This document shows, piece after piece, positions 8,920 to 18,970 of a stretch of 64,000 bases of DNA. Under the pieces are notes generated by a model. That model did no database searches. It was not told where the DNA came from and was given only the letters and a program-made list of their open reading frames with translations. Made by a program: the position numbers and the translations under genes. Position 1 is the first letter of the stretch. Every line of letters starts with the position of its first letter. Where the stretch lies: positions 2,272,001 to 2,336,000 of the forward strand of contig CAWGMQ010000004.1 in the NCBI GenBank assembly GCA_963823665.1. The letters are read 5' to 3'. The stretch is from an uncultured Planctomycetota bacterium (GTDB taxonomy: Bacteria; Planctomycetota; Planctomycetia; Isosphaerales; Isosphaeraceae).

Positions 8920-10656
8920 CTATTTCTGGATTCGGTGCAGGTCGGACGTGCGATAGATCGCGATCGTGGTGTCCTCGGTAAGCACAACCGGCCTCAAACC
9001 CTTGAGGCATTCAAAGAATCCGGGTGGGCCCCATGGGCCCCATTCCAGCGACGCTGAAACAGCAAGGAATTGTGTTTGCACCGAGTTGAGACTGGTCAGG
9101 TTGGGGTTTCCACTGGCGTTGATCGTCTGGCTTTCTCCGGCAACTCCGTAATGTGCAGGTTTCGTGTCTCCAAAATAATAAAGGGTCATGTCCGCCAGCT
9201 CCGGCCGTTCTTGCTGCAATCGGGCAAGCGACTTGAGACCCTGGCCCCAATCGAGGTTTGAGTCTGCCAGAATCCGACGGCCACCCAGTGGACCTCCAGC
9301 GATAGCGTTAAAGTACGTCAATTCATACGGGTGGATCCCCGCCACTGCGGCTGCGTAGCCGGCGATACCCAGTATGGCTGCACACCGTATGCTGACGGCA
9401 ACCCGCAAGGGATACTCGCAAAATTGTTTACCGATTGCTGAAATCCAGACAATTGCCAGTGGTGCTAACGGCAGCAGGTACCGAACGCCATAGTTGCGAG
9501 ACGATCCAGCAGCCGTGATTCCCATGTAGAGGAGAAAAACTAGCGGCAGCAGAGTGTTGTAGTCGGGAACGGAAGGATCGCTTCTGCACCGCCCGGTCCA
9601 TACCAGCCTCGCGATAACCAAGATCCAGAATGTAAGCGGTACCTTCACGGCAACCGCAACCAGGTAATAGTACCACCAGCCTTGCATCCGGCGTGCGCCA
9701 AAGAGGTAGCTCGGCCCACCGGATGCCTGATGGTGCATCTGAGTGGCAAAGCCCACCCAGTCTTGTGGGAGTGGAGTTTCGTAAATACGGGCAACAAGCT
9801 CGTTCCCCTCGCGGCCGAACCATTTCTCAATCGTGGGATGATCTCCGCGTGATGTGCTCAACGGCAGACTTGCAAACCCTGTCACGGCGGCATCCATCAA
9901 GAGGAGGATCGACAGGAAGCCTGCCATTGCAATTGTGACGCGTGTCGCAAGCACGATTGGTCTTCGCTCGCCTCGTCGACAGCACACAACCCACCAGACT
10001 GTTGCCAGGATTGGAGGAACAAGGATCGCAGTAAACTTGCACGAAAATGCCAGCCCTCCTGCGCCGGCGGCAGCCCAGAACCAGAGAAACCGATTGGTCT
10101 CAAGAAACCGCCAGAAAAGGTAGAACATGGCAGTCGTGCCGGCAACCAAGGGAATTTCCATGGTGACGAGCGCACCATGAGCGAGCAGATTGGGGCTCAA
10201 GCTGAAGAGCCAGGCTGCCAGTGTCATCGCCCGGGGGCCATAACTGCGACGGCTCCAGGCGATTGTGAGCATGAAGGCTACAAACCAGATCCAGGAGGAA
10301 CCGAGGCGAACCCAGGGCAGGAGTTCTTGCTCGTGGCCGATAGGGTCGTCAACCCAGTCACGATGGCCGACTTGATCGAGAAGCCAGAGTACCGGGACTT
10401 GCTGCAGCTTCCAGAACAGAAGCGGTGAGCCCATCCGTGTGATTTCAGTCTGCTCACCGGTGTGCCACCAACTCGCTGCAATGCGAAGATAAGCAACCTC
10501 ATCATAGGTCGCCGAGTTGGTGAAGCTCTCCTGCGCGATGAGTGCCAGTCCCGCAAGTGCGGCAAGAACTGTCAAGCAGGTGTAAGCAGAAAAGCTAGGG
10601 GAAACTTGCAGACGCGACAACGGCTGTTGTTGGGGATCCTTTCCCATATGGAGCAT
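8920..10656 (-). CDS. GT-C fold membrane glycosyltransferase (GT39/ArnT/PMT-like)
   Basis: SATYDEVAYL first-loop DE motif; SPNLLAHGALVT, KFTA, GWWYYYLVA..KVP, GVRYLLP, LADSNLDWGQ; many TM helices. Confidence 0.85.
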   Translation of the reverse strand: MLHMGKDPQQQPLSRLQVSPSFSAYTCLTVLAALAGLALIAQESFTNSATYDEVAYLRIAASWWHTGEQTEITRMGSPLLFWKLQQVPVLWLLDQVGHRDWVDDPIGHEQELLPWVRLGSSWIWFVAFMLTIAWSRRSYGPRAMTLAAWLFSLSPNLLAHGALVTMEIPLVAGTTAMFYLFWRFLETNRFLWFWAAAGAGGLAFSCKFTAILVPPILATVWWVVCCRRGERRPIVLATRVTIAMAGFLSILLLMDAAVTGFASLPLSTSRGDHPTIEKWFGREGNELVARIYETPLPQDWVGFATQMHHQASGGPSYLFGARRMQGWWYYYLVAVAVKVPLTFWILVIARLVWTGRCRSDPSVPDYNTLLPLVFLLYMGITAAGSSRNYGVRYLLPLAPLAIVWISAIGKQFCEYPLRVAVSIRCAAILGIAGYAAAVAGIHPYELTYFNAIAGGPLGGRRILADSNLDWGQGLKSLARLQQERPELADMTLYYFGDTKPAHYGVAGESQTINASGNPNLTSLNSVQTQFLAVSASLEWGPWGPPGFFECLKGLRPVVLTEDTTIAIYRTSDLHRIQK

Positions 10657-10717
10657 CCTTCAGTCAATCCATCTGCCGAGACGTTATCGATTTCTTGGGA
10701 ATAGATCCATGCGGTTC

Positions 10718-11788
10718 TTACGTACTGAGTTTGTCTTTTTCTTGTAAGCTTTGGCGGAGAACGCTTATCTGACGCGCGTTTTCAAGTGCATCGCGAATGG
10801 TTGGGGCGAGGGAGTGATCCCCACGGACAAGGCGGTGAAACTGGTCATTGAGGACATCACCGACAGTTGGCTCCAGTGCGAGCCGTTCTTCCTTGCTGCC
10901 GGATGAGTTCGCCCAGAGTATCTTTTCAGGCATTTCAAGCCAGGCTGCTCCCCGCTCTGCGAGAACCTGAAACCCTGGCTGCGGTAAAAAACGGCTGGCA
11001 TCGCCCCATGCCCCACGGTGATAACGTCCGAAGGAAATCTGAGCAGTTGCCCCACTGCCAAATACCGCCGTGAAACTCGCAAAGTCAGGATCAGGATCAG
11101 TCAGATCAGGCGTGGCAAGGACATGGCACTTCGTTCCCTGCAATGAATGTGGAAGTGTCTGGAATACGAAGCCGCACCAATCGAGGAGATAGCTGCCAGG
11201 ATCAATCAAGAGAGGCGCTGGGGCAATTTGCGTGGTAGGGCCCGGTATTGCGTAGCGATCAAAGCCATAGAGACGGGAATGCCCTATGATCAGGCGAGGA
11301 GCCCCCAGGTGCGTGGCCAGAAGTTCCTTGAGGCGTAATGTTGCAGGATAACACCGTCGAGCGAATTCTGGCATGAACGCGATACCGCTCTCGTCAATGA
11401 GTGAGGCGACTGCTTCAAGCTCGGCCAGGTCACTCGCCAGCGGCAAACCACAATAGACCGGTTTGCGAGTTGCGCAAGCAAGACCGATCGGGTGTAGTCC
11501 AAACCATTGTCGAGAGAGCAAGTAGATCACATCGACGTCGGGCCGTTCGACAAGTGCAGATAGCCCCTCACATGCTGCGCAGCCAATCTGAGCAGCCTCG
11601 AGTTCCGCGCGCCGATAGACAGTGTCGTAGACGGCTGTAACCCGGAATCGATCTTCCAGACGTGCCAAGGACGGCTTGTGGCGCGTTTCCCACAGCCGGC
11701 CCAATCCAATGACTCCTACCCGGAGCCGCTGGTGTTTCGTTCCGACCAAGCCCGCCTCCTCGCCCTGCAATCCATGCAGAGACCCCAA
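10718..11788 (-). CDS. Gfo/Idh/MocA family oxidoreductase-like protein with degenerate catalytic motifs
   Basis: RVGVIGLG Rossmann motif and LVERPDVDVIY; YCGLP and LLIDPGSY where CEKP and DxGxH are expected. Confidence 0.8.
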   Translation of the reverse strand: MGSLHGLQGEEAGLVGTKHQRLRVGVIGLGRLWETRHKPSLARLEDRFRVTAVYDTVYRRAELEAAQIGCAACEGLSALVERPDVDVIYLLSRQWFGLHPIGLACATRKPVYCGLPLASDLAELEAVASLIDESGIAFMPEFARRCYPATLRLKELLATHLGAPRLIIGHSRLYGFDRYAIPGPTTQIAPAPLLIDPGSYLLDWCGFVFQTLPHSLQGTKCHVLATPDLTDPDPDFASFTAVFGSGATAQISFGRYHRGAWGDASRFLPQPGFQVLAERGAAWLEMPEKILWANSSGSKEERLALEPTVGDVLNDQFHRLVRGDHSLAPTIRDALENARQISVLRQSLQEKDKLST

Positions 11789-11882
11789 AGCTCTCCCTGG
11801 CCAAATGTACCAAGTAGGTTAACAGCATGAATTCGTCAGGCCAATAGCGTAACCTGGGCGGGCGAGAAAGGGGGGCTCGATC

Positions 11883-12326
11883 ATGCGGGCTGTTCTTCAG
11901 CGAGTTTGTCGCGCATCAGTTACAGTTGACGGAAACTGTGTTGCAAGTATTGGGCAAGGTTGGCTCGTCTTGCTTGGAGTCGCACAGGAAGATAGCCATG
12001 CTGACGTCGAGTGGCTCGCCGTAAAAGTACTCAATCTTCGCGGCTTCAAGGACGAACACGGCAAGATGAATCTAAGCGTGCTTGAGTCAAACGGTGAAAT
12101 CTTGGTCGTGAGTCAGTTCACGCTGCTGGCTGATTGTCGCTCAGGTCGCCGACCAGGTTTTGCGGAGGCCGCAAAACCACTGATTGCTGAAGAGTTCTAT
12201 CTTGTCTTTACCAAGCTGTTGGAGAAGTCAGGGCTCAGGGTTGGGACCGGAGTATTCGGTGCCATGATGGACGTGGAATTGATCAACGACGGGCCTGTTA
12301 CGTTCCTGCTGGATAGCAGGGCATAG
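11883..12326 (+). CDS. dtd: D-aminoacyl-tRNA deacylase
   Basis: [34 protein letters not shown]. Confidence 0.97.
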   Translation: MRAVLQRVCRASVTVDGNCVASIGQGWLVLLGVAQEDSHADVEWLAVKVLNLRGFKDEHGKMNLSVLESNGEILVVSQFTLLADCRSGRRPGFAEAAKPLIAEEFYLVFTKLLEKSGLRVGTGVFGAMMDVELINDGPVTFLLDSRA

Positions 12327-12407
12327 GCAGGATCCGCACAGGGATCAGAATAACCGGGTCGGACTGATCTGTACGGGAATATCCCAGCAGTTCAAAGAGG
12401 ATTCTTC

Positions 12408-13931
12408 ATGGACACACCAGGCGGACGGCCTTCAATTTTGCTTGGACTGGATGTCGGGACACAGAGTCTGCGGGCAGCGCTTGTCGACTTGCAAGGCCAC
12501 ACGGTAGCATTTGGAATCGCACCGATCGAGACAGCGTTTCCGCATCCTACGTGGGCCGAACAACAGCCGCAATCCTGGTGGTCTGCTGCAATAACAGCAG
12601 TGAATCTCGCCCTTTCCAAAGCGGACGTCCGGCCCGAACAAGTGATTGGCATCGGTCTGGATTGTACGGCCTGCACAGTTGTGGCAACTGATAAAAACGG
12701 AGTACCGCTACGCCCTGCACTGCTCTGGATGGACCAACGGGCGTTCAAGGAAGCAGAGATCATCAGCGGCACAAGCGATCCGGCATTGCGATACGTTTCG
12801 GGGCGGGTGTCTCCCGAGTGGATGCTACCCAAGGCGCTCTGGCTCAAGCAGAACGAGCCAGATGTCTACGCACACGCTTTTCGAATCGTCGAGTGTACGG
12901 ATTGGATGATGTACCGAATGACTGGCGAGTGGACACTATCGATGAACCATGTCGCGGTCAAATGGAATTATGCCCGGCCTGAAGGCGGGTGGCCATTCAA
13001 ACTGTTGGAAGCAGTTGGCCTCTCCGACCTGTTCGAGAAATGGCCAGCACAGATTATCTCGCTCGGACGTGGAGATAACACATTGAGCAAGTCAGCGGCT
13101 GAGCAGCTAGGGCTTCCTGCAGGCATTCCAGTTGCACAAGGGGGGATTGACGCATACCTCGGCATGCTCGGCATGGGAGCAACTCGCGATGGTGATGTCG
13201 CGGTGATCGTTGGGTCCAGCACCTGCCACCTTGCCCAGTCGCGTGTGGGCGTGTTTGGCTCGGGGGCCGCTGGCTGCTACCCTGATGCAACGGTGGAGGG
13301 GCTGTATACCCTGGAAGCCGGGCAGACTGCTACTGGGTCGATTCTCGACTGGTACCGCCGCCATTTTGCAGGAAATCAGCAAGCTGAGGCAGACCGCCGG
13401 AAGGTGCCTGTTTTTCAGGTCCTGGATGAACTTGCCGCAGCCGTACCACCGGCGGCAGAGGGGTTAGTGGTTCGTGACGACTGGCAAGGAAACCGCTCCC
13501 CTTACAAGAACCCCCTTGCACGCGGTTGTATTGCTGGGCTTTCGCTTGCGCATGGACCAGGCCAGGTGGTACGAGGAATCTACGAAGCAACAGCTTGTGG
13601 AACTCGTCATATCCTGGAGGATGCCATGACCTATGGTCTGCGTGTCGAACGCATCTTCCTCGGAGGCGGCGGAGCCAGGTCGCCCCTTTGGCTGCAAATC
13701 CATGCCGACGTACTCAAGAAGCCGATTCACTTACCGCGAGAGAAAGAGTCGTGTGCACTTGGCTCAGCCATGGCGGCTGCGATTGCTGCTGGTGTTTACC
13801 AAGACTTTGACGAGGCTGCTCATGCAATGGTTGCCATTGAAACGCAGGTTGAGCCAGATGCTGCAAATGCGGTTCTCTATGATGAGCTGTTCGAACGATA
13901 CATCGGTCTCTATTCTCGATTGAATTCGTGA
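12408..13931 (+). CDS. FGGY family carbohydrate kinase (ribulokinase/pentulose kinase-like)
   Basis: LGLDVGTQS, DCTACT, LWMDQRA, SPEWMLPKALWL, GGIDA, GSSTCH, DWQGNRSP. Confidence 0.92.
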   Translation: MDTPGGRPSILLGLDVGTQSLRAALVDLQGHTVAFGIAPIETAFPHPTWAEQQPQSWWSAAITAVNLALSKADVRPEQVIGIGLDCTACTVVATDKNGVPLRPALLWMDQRAFKEAEIISGTSDPALRYVSGRVSPEWMLPKALWLKQNEPDVYAHAFRIVECTDWMMYRMTGEWTLSMNHVAVKWNYARPEGGWPFKLLEAVGLSDLFEKWPAQIISLGRGDNTLSKSAAEQLGLPAGIPVAQGGIDAYLGMLGMGATRDGDVAVIVGSSTCHLAQSRVGVFGSGAAGCYPDATVEGLYTLEAGQTATGSILDWYRRHFAGNQQAEADRRKVPVFQVLDELAAAVPPAAEGLVVRDDWQGNRSPYKNPLARGCIAGLSLAHGPGQVVRGIYEATACGTRHILEDAMTYGLRVERIFLGGGGARSPLWLQIHADVLKKPIHLPREKESCALGSAMAAAIAAGVYQDFDEAAHAMVAIETQVEPDAANAVLYDELFERYIGLYSRLNS

Positions 13932-13953
13932 AACGGAGACCTTCAAGCTTCAA

Positions 13954-15219
13954 TTATAGAACCTTGGGCTTGATGGGCTGTGCCGGAATACCGACGACCG
14001 TTTGACCATCAGGAACGTTCTGGTTGCGCGTAACGACCGCATTCGCGCCGACGACCGCATCATCCCCAACAGTAACGGGTGCAATCAGAATAGCACCTGC
14101 TCCTAGACGAGCCCGAGAGCCAATCCGGGTGTTGCTTTTTTTGATGCCATCGAAATTGGCAGTAACCACTGTTGCACCAACATTGGCGTTCTCGCCGACG
14201 TCGGAGTCCCCAAGATAAGCCAGATGGCGCACGATCGTACCGGCACCAACCTGCGATTGCTTGATCTCGACGAAGGCACCGATTTCCACTCCATCGTTCA
14301 AGATCGTGCCCTCGCGCAGATGTGCATGCGGACCAATGCGACACCGTGAGCCGATTTCGACAGTACCGCTGATAACGGTGAAAGGGTAGATAACCGTATC
14401 TGCGCCAATTGATGCTCGGCCATCGATGTAAGTATTGCGCGGGTCGACAATGGTGACACCTTCTGTCATCCAGTGATCTTGGATTCGTGCCTGCATTGTG
14501 GCTCCGGCGAATGCCAGGTGTTGACGCGTGTTGATGCCCAGCACGTCATCAGCCTGCAAAACGTTGAGAGCGACCACTTTCTTACCCATTGTCATGAGAT
14601 GTTCAGGGGCATCCGTAAGGTAGTATTCGCCCTGGGCGTTACCAGTGTTGATCTGGTCAAGGGCATCCCAGAGTTCGGGTAGTTTGAAGACATAGCAGCT
14701 CGGGTTGACCTCTTTGATGGCGCGTTCTTCGGGCGTGCAATCACGTTCTTCGACAATCCGGAGAAACCGGCCGGCTGAATCACGAAGGATCCGGCCAAAG
14801 CCCATCGGGTCTTCCATCACCGCAGTGCCGAGCAGGCAGGCTGCTTGGTCCATCCGCTGGCGATCAAGCAGATCAGCCAGAGGTTGTGGGCGGAGCAGAG
14901 GCTCATCGCCAACCAGTACGAGCGATGGTCCTTCATAGTCAGCGAGCAAGGGCCGGCAAACTTTGACAGCGTCACCGGTCCCAAGTTGCTCGGTTTGCGT
15001 GGCAAAGAGGATATCGGGCGTGCTCTGAAAATACTGGCGAACCTGGTCGGCTGCATACCCAATCACAACGATGATGGTCTTGGCCCCGGCGCCTCGCGCG
15101 GCGTCCACGACGTAATGAATCATCGGTCGCCCACAGACTTCGTGAAGGACCTTGGCCCTTTTTGATTTCATCCGCTTTCCCTGGCCAGCAGCCAGGATGA
15201 TTGCAACAGGGCCCTGCAT
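13954..15219 (-). CDS. glmU: Bifunctional UDP-GlcNAc pyrophosphorylase / glucosamine-1-phosphate N-acetyltransferase
   Basis: ILAAGQGKRMKS..KVLH, QLGTGDAV, NAQGEYYLTD, hexapeptide repeats, HLAYLGD, NFDG. The ORF extends to 15276; the ATG at 15219 was preferred. Confidence 0.9.
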   Translation of the reverse strand: MQGPVAIILAAGQGKRMKSKRAKVLHEVCGRPMIHYVVDAARGAGAKTIIVVIGYAADQVRQYFQSTPDILFATQTEQLGTGDAVKVCRPLLADYEGPSLVLVGDEPLLRPQPLADLLDRQRMDQAACLLGTAVMEDPMGFGRILRDSAGRFLRIVEERDCTPEERAIKEVNPSCYVFKLPELWDALDQINTGNAQGEYYLTDAPEHLMTMGKKVVALNVLQADDVLGINTRQHLAFAGATMQARIQDHWMTEGVTIVDPRNTYIDGRASIGADTVIYPFTVISGTVEIGSRCRIGPHAHLREGTILNDGVEIGAFVEIKQSQVGAGTIVRHLAYLGDSDVGENANVGATVVTANFDGIKKSNTRIGSRARLGAGAILIAPVTVGDDAVVGANAVVTRNQNVPDGQTVVGIPAQPIKPKVL

Positions 15220-15510
15220 CAAATCGATCTTTCGAGTGTTGGAAGATTCTTGGTACAAATCATCGAGGGAGCGCACGCACGATCATCATAGAAGTCTATG
15301 CCAGTGCACGTCAAACTCCGCAGCGTTGTTCTAGCGTTGACACAGTTCTAACCAACAGGCACCGCGAACCTTGAACCAATCGATCGGATCTGGCAGACTG
15401 AGTCAATCCAGTGCGGAGCTTGCGCGAAAGGCTCAAAACCGATTCAGAACGCCGATCTGGCGGCCTCATAAATCGGGTTGTATAGGTAATTTAGACGGGA
15501 GTTTGCACTC

Positions 15511-15798
15511 ATGTCGTTATCGGTCGAGGACGTGGCGAAAGTTGCGATCCTGGCGCGCCTCCGGCTTGAACCCGGTGAGTTGCAAACTCTGACCGCCCAG
15601 ATCAACTCGATCGTGGATTATGTTACCCAGCTTCAGGAGCTCGATACCACGGATGTTGAACCGTTGGCCCACGGCGTCGAATTGCGCAACGTGTTCCGTG
15701 ATGATCTACGCGGGCCCGCACTCGATCGCGAAAAAGCTCTTGCAAATGCACCCGAGCGCAACCAAGCGAGCTTCTTGGTCCCTGTCGTTTTGGAATGA
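15511..15798 (+). CDS. gatC: Asp/Glu-tRNA amidotransferase subunit C
   Basis: VAKVAILARL, LQELDTTDVEP, NVFRDD, ALANAP, FLVPVV; lies upstream of gatA. Confidence 0.95.
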   Translation: MSLSVEDVAKVAILARLRLEPGELQTLTAQINSIVDYVTQLQELDTTDVEPLAHGVELRNVFRDDLRGPALDREKALANAPERNQASFLVPVVLE

Positions 15799-15879
15799 CC
15801 ACATGTATTCCTGCCCGAGGTATGCGACGATCGTGCTGCGCCTTTTGGGTGGAATGCTCAGAGCTAAGGATGCCGCTTG

Positions 15880-17370
15880 ATGAGCAGTGATACGACCACT
15901 GCGGTTTCGCTTCTGGCCAAGCTCACAGCGGGTGAGATCAGCTCACTCGAGGTTGTGCGCCAGTTACTGGACCGATCGGACCGGCTGAAACGACTGAACG
16001 TCTTTGTGCACCTTGATCCAGAACAGATACTGGCTCAAGCTCGTGAAATTGATCGTCGTCGTCAATCTGGCGAAGTGGTTGGCCCACTGGCTGGTGTTCC
16101 GGTGGCAATCAAGGACGTGCTCTGTGTGGAAGGTGAGCCGACCACGTGTGGGAGCCGCATGTTGCACGGATTTCGGCCACCATACGAAGCCACAGTGATT
16201 AGAAAGCTACGTGCCTCCGGTGCGATCATCTATGGCAAGACCAACATGGATGAGTTTGCAATGGGGTCATCAACCGAGAATAGTGCGTATGGGCCAACAT
16301 TAAACCCATGGGATGAGACTCGTGTGCCAGGTGGCTCGTCAGGTGGCTCGGCCGTGGCTGTGGCTGCCGAGCTCACCCCACTGGCTCTGGGAACGGATAC
16401 TGGCGGCTCAGTGCGACAGCCTGCGGCTGTTTGTGGAGTCGTAGGCCTGAAGCCAACTTATGGTCGGGTGAGCCGATTTGGTTTAATCGCTTATGCGAGT
16501 TCGCTCGACCAGATCGGTCCGTTCGCACATGATCTGACAGACACGGCACTCCTCTTGAGCGTGATTGCCGGCTGTGACCAGAACGATGCAACGAGCGTTC
16601 CAGAACCAGTACCTGATTATGTCGGAACACTCGAGCAACCACTGCCGTCGCTTCGGATTGGCGTGGTACCTGAGTTTCTCAAGGAGGGATTAGACCCGGA
16701 AGTCGCAGGTGCTATCCAGGAGGTAATCCGAATCTATGAGCAGTCCGGAGCATCAATCAAGGAGGTTTCGCTACCGCATTCAAAATATGGAATACCCGCA
16801 TACTACATCGTCGCCTCGGCGGAATGTTCGAGCAACCTGGCGAGATATGACGGCACGACCTACGGTCACCGCGCAGCAGATTTCAGCCCGAAATACCCAG
16901 TCGAACACAACCTCCCTTCCATGATTCGCATGATGATGGTCAGCCGGGCGGAAGGCTTTGGAGCGGAGGTGAAGAGAAGGATCATGCTGGGCACATTCGC
17001 GCTTTCCGCCGGCTACGCTGATCAATATTACAATAAAGCCCTTCAAGTCAGACGTAAGATCCGCAGTGATTTTGATTCAGCTTTCAAGCAGGTCGACGTT
17101 CTCCTGGGGCCCACGTCACCTACACCGGCCTTCAAACTGGGTGAGCGCACGGCGGACCCCCTGACGATGTACCTTTCAGATATTTACACGATCACTGCGA
17201 ACCTCGCTGGTATCCCAGCAATTTCAATCCCATGCGGGTTGACGCGCGGCGGGTTGCCAATCGGTCTACAGCTACTGGCTGCACCCTTTGCTGAAGAGAA
17301 GCTGCTCCGGGCAGCTCGTGTTTTCGAACAAAGTACGGACTGGCATTTGAAGCGACCGGCGCTGGCATGA
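15880..17370 (+). CDS. gatA: Asp/Glu-tRNA amidotransferase subunit A
   Basis: GKTNMDEFAMGSSTENS, PGGSSGGS, GTDTGGSVRQPA, SSNLARYDG, FGAEVKRRIMLG. Confidence 0.97.
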   Translation: MSSDTTTAVSLLAKLTAGEISSLEVVRQLLDRSDRLKRLNVFVHLDPEQILAQAREIDRRRQSGEVVGPLAGVPVAIKDVLCVEGEPTTCGSRMLHGFRPPYEATVIRKLRASGAIIYGKTNMDEFAMGSSTENSAYGPTLNPWDETRVPGGSSGGSAVAVAAELTPLALGTDTGGSVRQPAAVCGVVGLKPTYGRVSRFGLIAYASSLDQIGPFAHDLTDTALLLSVIAGCDQNDATSVPEPVPDYVGTLEQPLPSLRIGVVPEFLKEGLDPEVAGAIQEVIRIYEQSGASIKEVSLPHSKYGIPAYYIVASAECSSNLARYDGTTYGHRAADFSPKYPVEHNLPSMIRMMMVSRAEGFGAEVKRRIMLGTFALSAGYADQYYNKALQVRRKIRSDFDSAFKQVDVLLGPTSPTPAFKLGERTADPLTMYLSDIYTITANLAGIPAISIPCGLTRGGLPIGLQLLAAPFAEEKLLRAARVFEQSTDWHLKRPALA

Positions 17371-17450
17371 GGCCAGTTGCCAGGCACAACGCTTGATGAT
17401 TGAAGAGCGACCAGAGATTCCGTGCTGTAGTTATCCCAGGAGTAACGTGA

Positions 17451-18928
17451 ATGGACTACGAGATCATCATCGGCCTTGAAATTCACGTGCAGCTTCAGAC
17501 CGAAAGTAAGATGTTCTCGTGGAGCGGGACAGACTTCGGACTGCCGCCTAATACCCAGACCGACCCGGTTTCGCTAGGGCTTCCGGGTACACTGCCCGTG
17601 ATGAACCGTAAGGCGTTCGAGCTAGCGCTCAAGACGGCGGTAGGATTGGGCGCACAGATTGCACCGTTCACAAAATGGGATCGGAAGAACTACTACTACC
17701 CTGACCTGCCCAAGAATTATCAGATCAGCCAGTATGACCTTCCATTTTCGCGAGGAGGGCATCTCGAGATTCCGGCTCGCAAGGATGGTACAGGAGGGAG
17801 CTTGTGCCGGCTAACACGAATTCATCTTGAGGAAGACACAGGTAAGCTGACACACGGAAACGATCAGGTTCTCGGAAGTCGACTTGAACCGTGCAGGGAT
17901 TCCGTTACTCGAGATCGTGACCGAACCCGATATTCGTTCTGCCGCAGATGCACGTGGTTGTCTTGAGGAGCTACGGCTCACTTTGCGCTACCTGGATGTC
18001 TCGGATTGCGAGATGCAGGAGGGCTCGCTCCGGTGCGACGCAAACGTCAACCTTCACATCAAGAAGAATGGAGAGGTGATCGCGACGCCGATCGTCGAAA
18101 TCAAGAACCTGAACAGCTTCCGTGCAGTCGAAAAGGCACTTATTTATGAAGCCCAGCGGCAGTATCAGCAGTGGCTCACGGATGGGCGCTCGATCAAGGA
18201 TGCACCAAAGACGACACGCGGCTGGAATGATGTCGATGAAGTGACCAAGCCGCAACGCGAAAAGGAGTCGCTTGCCGATTATCGGTACTTCCCGGAGCCC
18301 GACTTGGTTCCCGTGGAAGTTGATCCAGGTTGGCTTGAGCAAATTCGAGCTTCCGTGGGCGAGTTGCCAACGGCACGGCGCCACCGATTCGAATCACAAT
18401 TCAGCCTTTCTCCGTATGATGCAAATGTTCTCGTGGAACAAGGGCAGGACGTCGCCGATTATTTTGATGCTGTCGCTCGAGTAACCGAGGAATACAAGCT
18501 GGCGAGCAACTGGATTCAACAGGATGTGCTCAGATCGATCAAGGAAAAGAAACTCTCTCTGGCTGATTTTCCAGTTCGCCCCGACGCATTGGCCGAGTTG
18601 ATCAATCGAGTGAAGCGCGGTGAGCTGAACACCAATCAGGGGCGGGAAGTCCTGGGTCGGATGATTGCGACCGGCGAATCAGCCGAGTCAATTATTGCCA
18701 AGGGCGGTTATCAGATGGTATCCGACCGCGACGCGATTGCCACAGCGATTGATGCCGCAATCACTGCGAACCCCCAAGCCATTGAGGACCTCAAGAAAGG
18801 TAAGAAGAAACCCGAGGCCGTTAAAGGATTTCTGCGCGGTCAGGTTATGAAGCAAACCGGCGGTAAGGCCAACCCAGCACTGGTCGGTGAACTCCTCGAG
18901 ACTCAAACTGGCCGATCTGGAGATCTGA
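17451..18928 (+). CDS. gatB: Asp/Glu-tRNA amidotransferase subunit B; two apparent frameshifts (about 17865 and about 18904)
   Basis: [27 protein letters not shown] and HLEEDTGK in one frame; [27 protein letters not shown] and [13 protein letters not shown] in the next. Removing one C near 18904 gives the natural end LLETKLADLEI-TGA. Confidence 0.92.
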
Positions 18929-18970
18929 GACCGAAAATCAGCGATTGCGGTGGGACCCCGTCCATCCTGG

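Noticed and set aside
17855..17885. Programmed ribosomal frameshift in gatB (and likewise in asnB and hpt)
   Set aside because: No slippery heptamer or stimulatory structure, and similar indels occur in unrelated genes, so assembly error is simpler.
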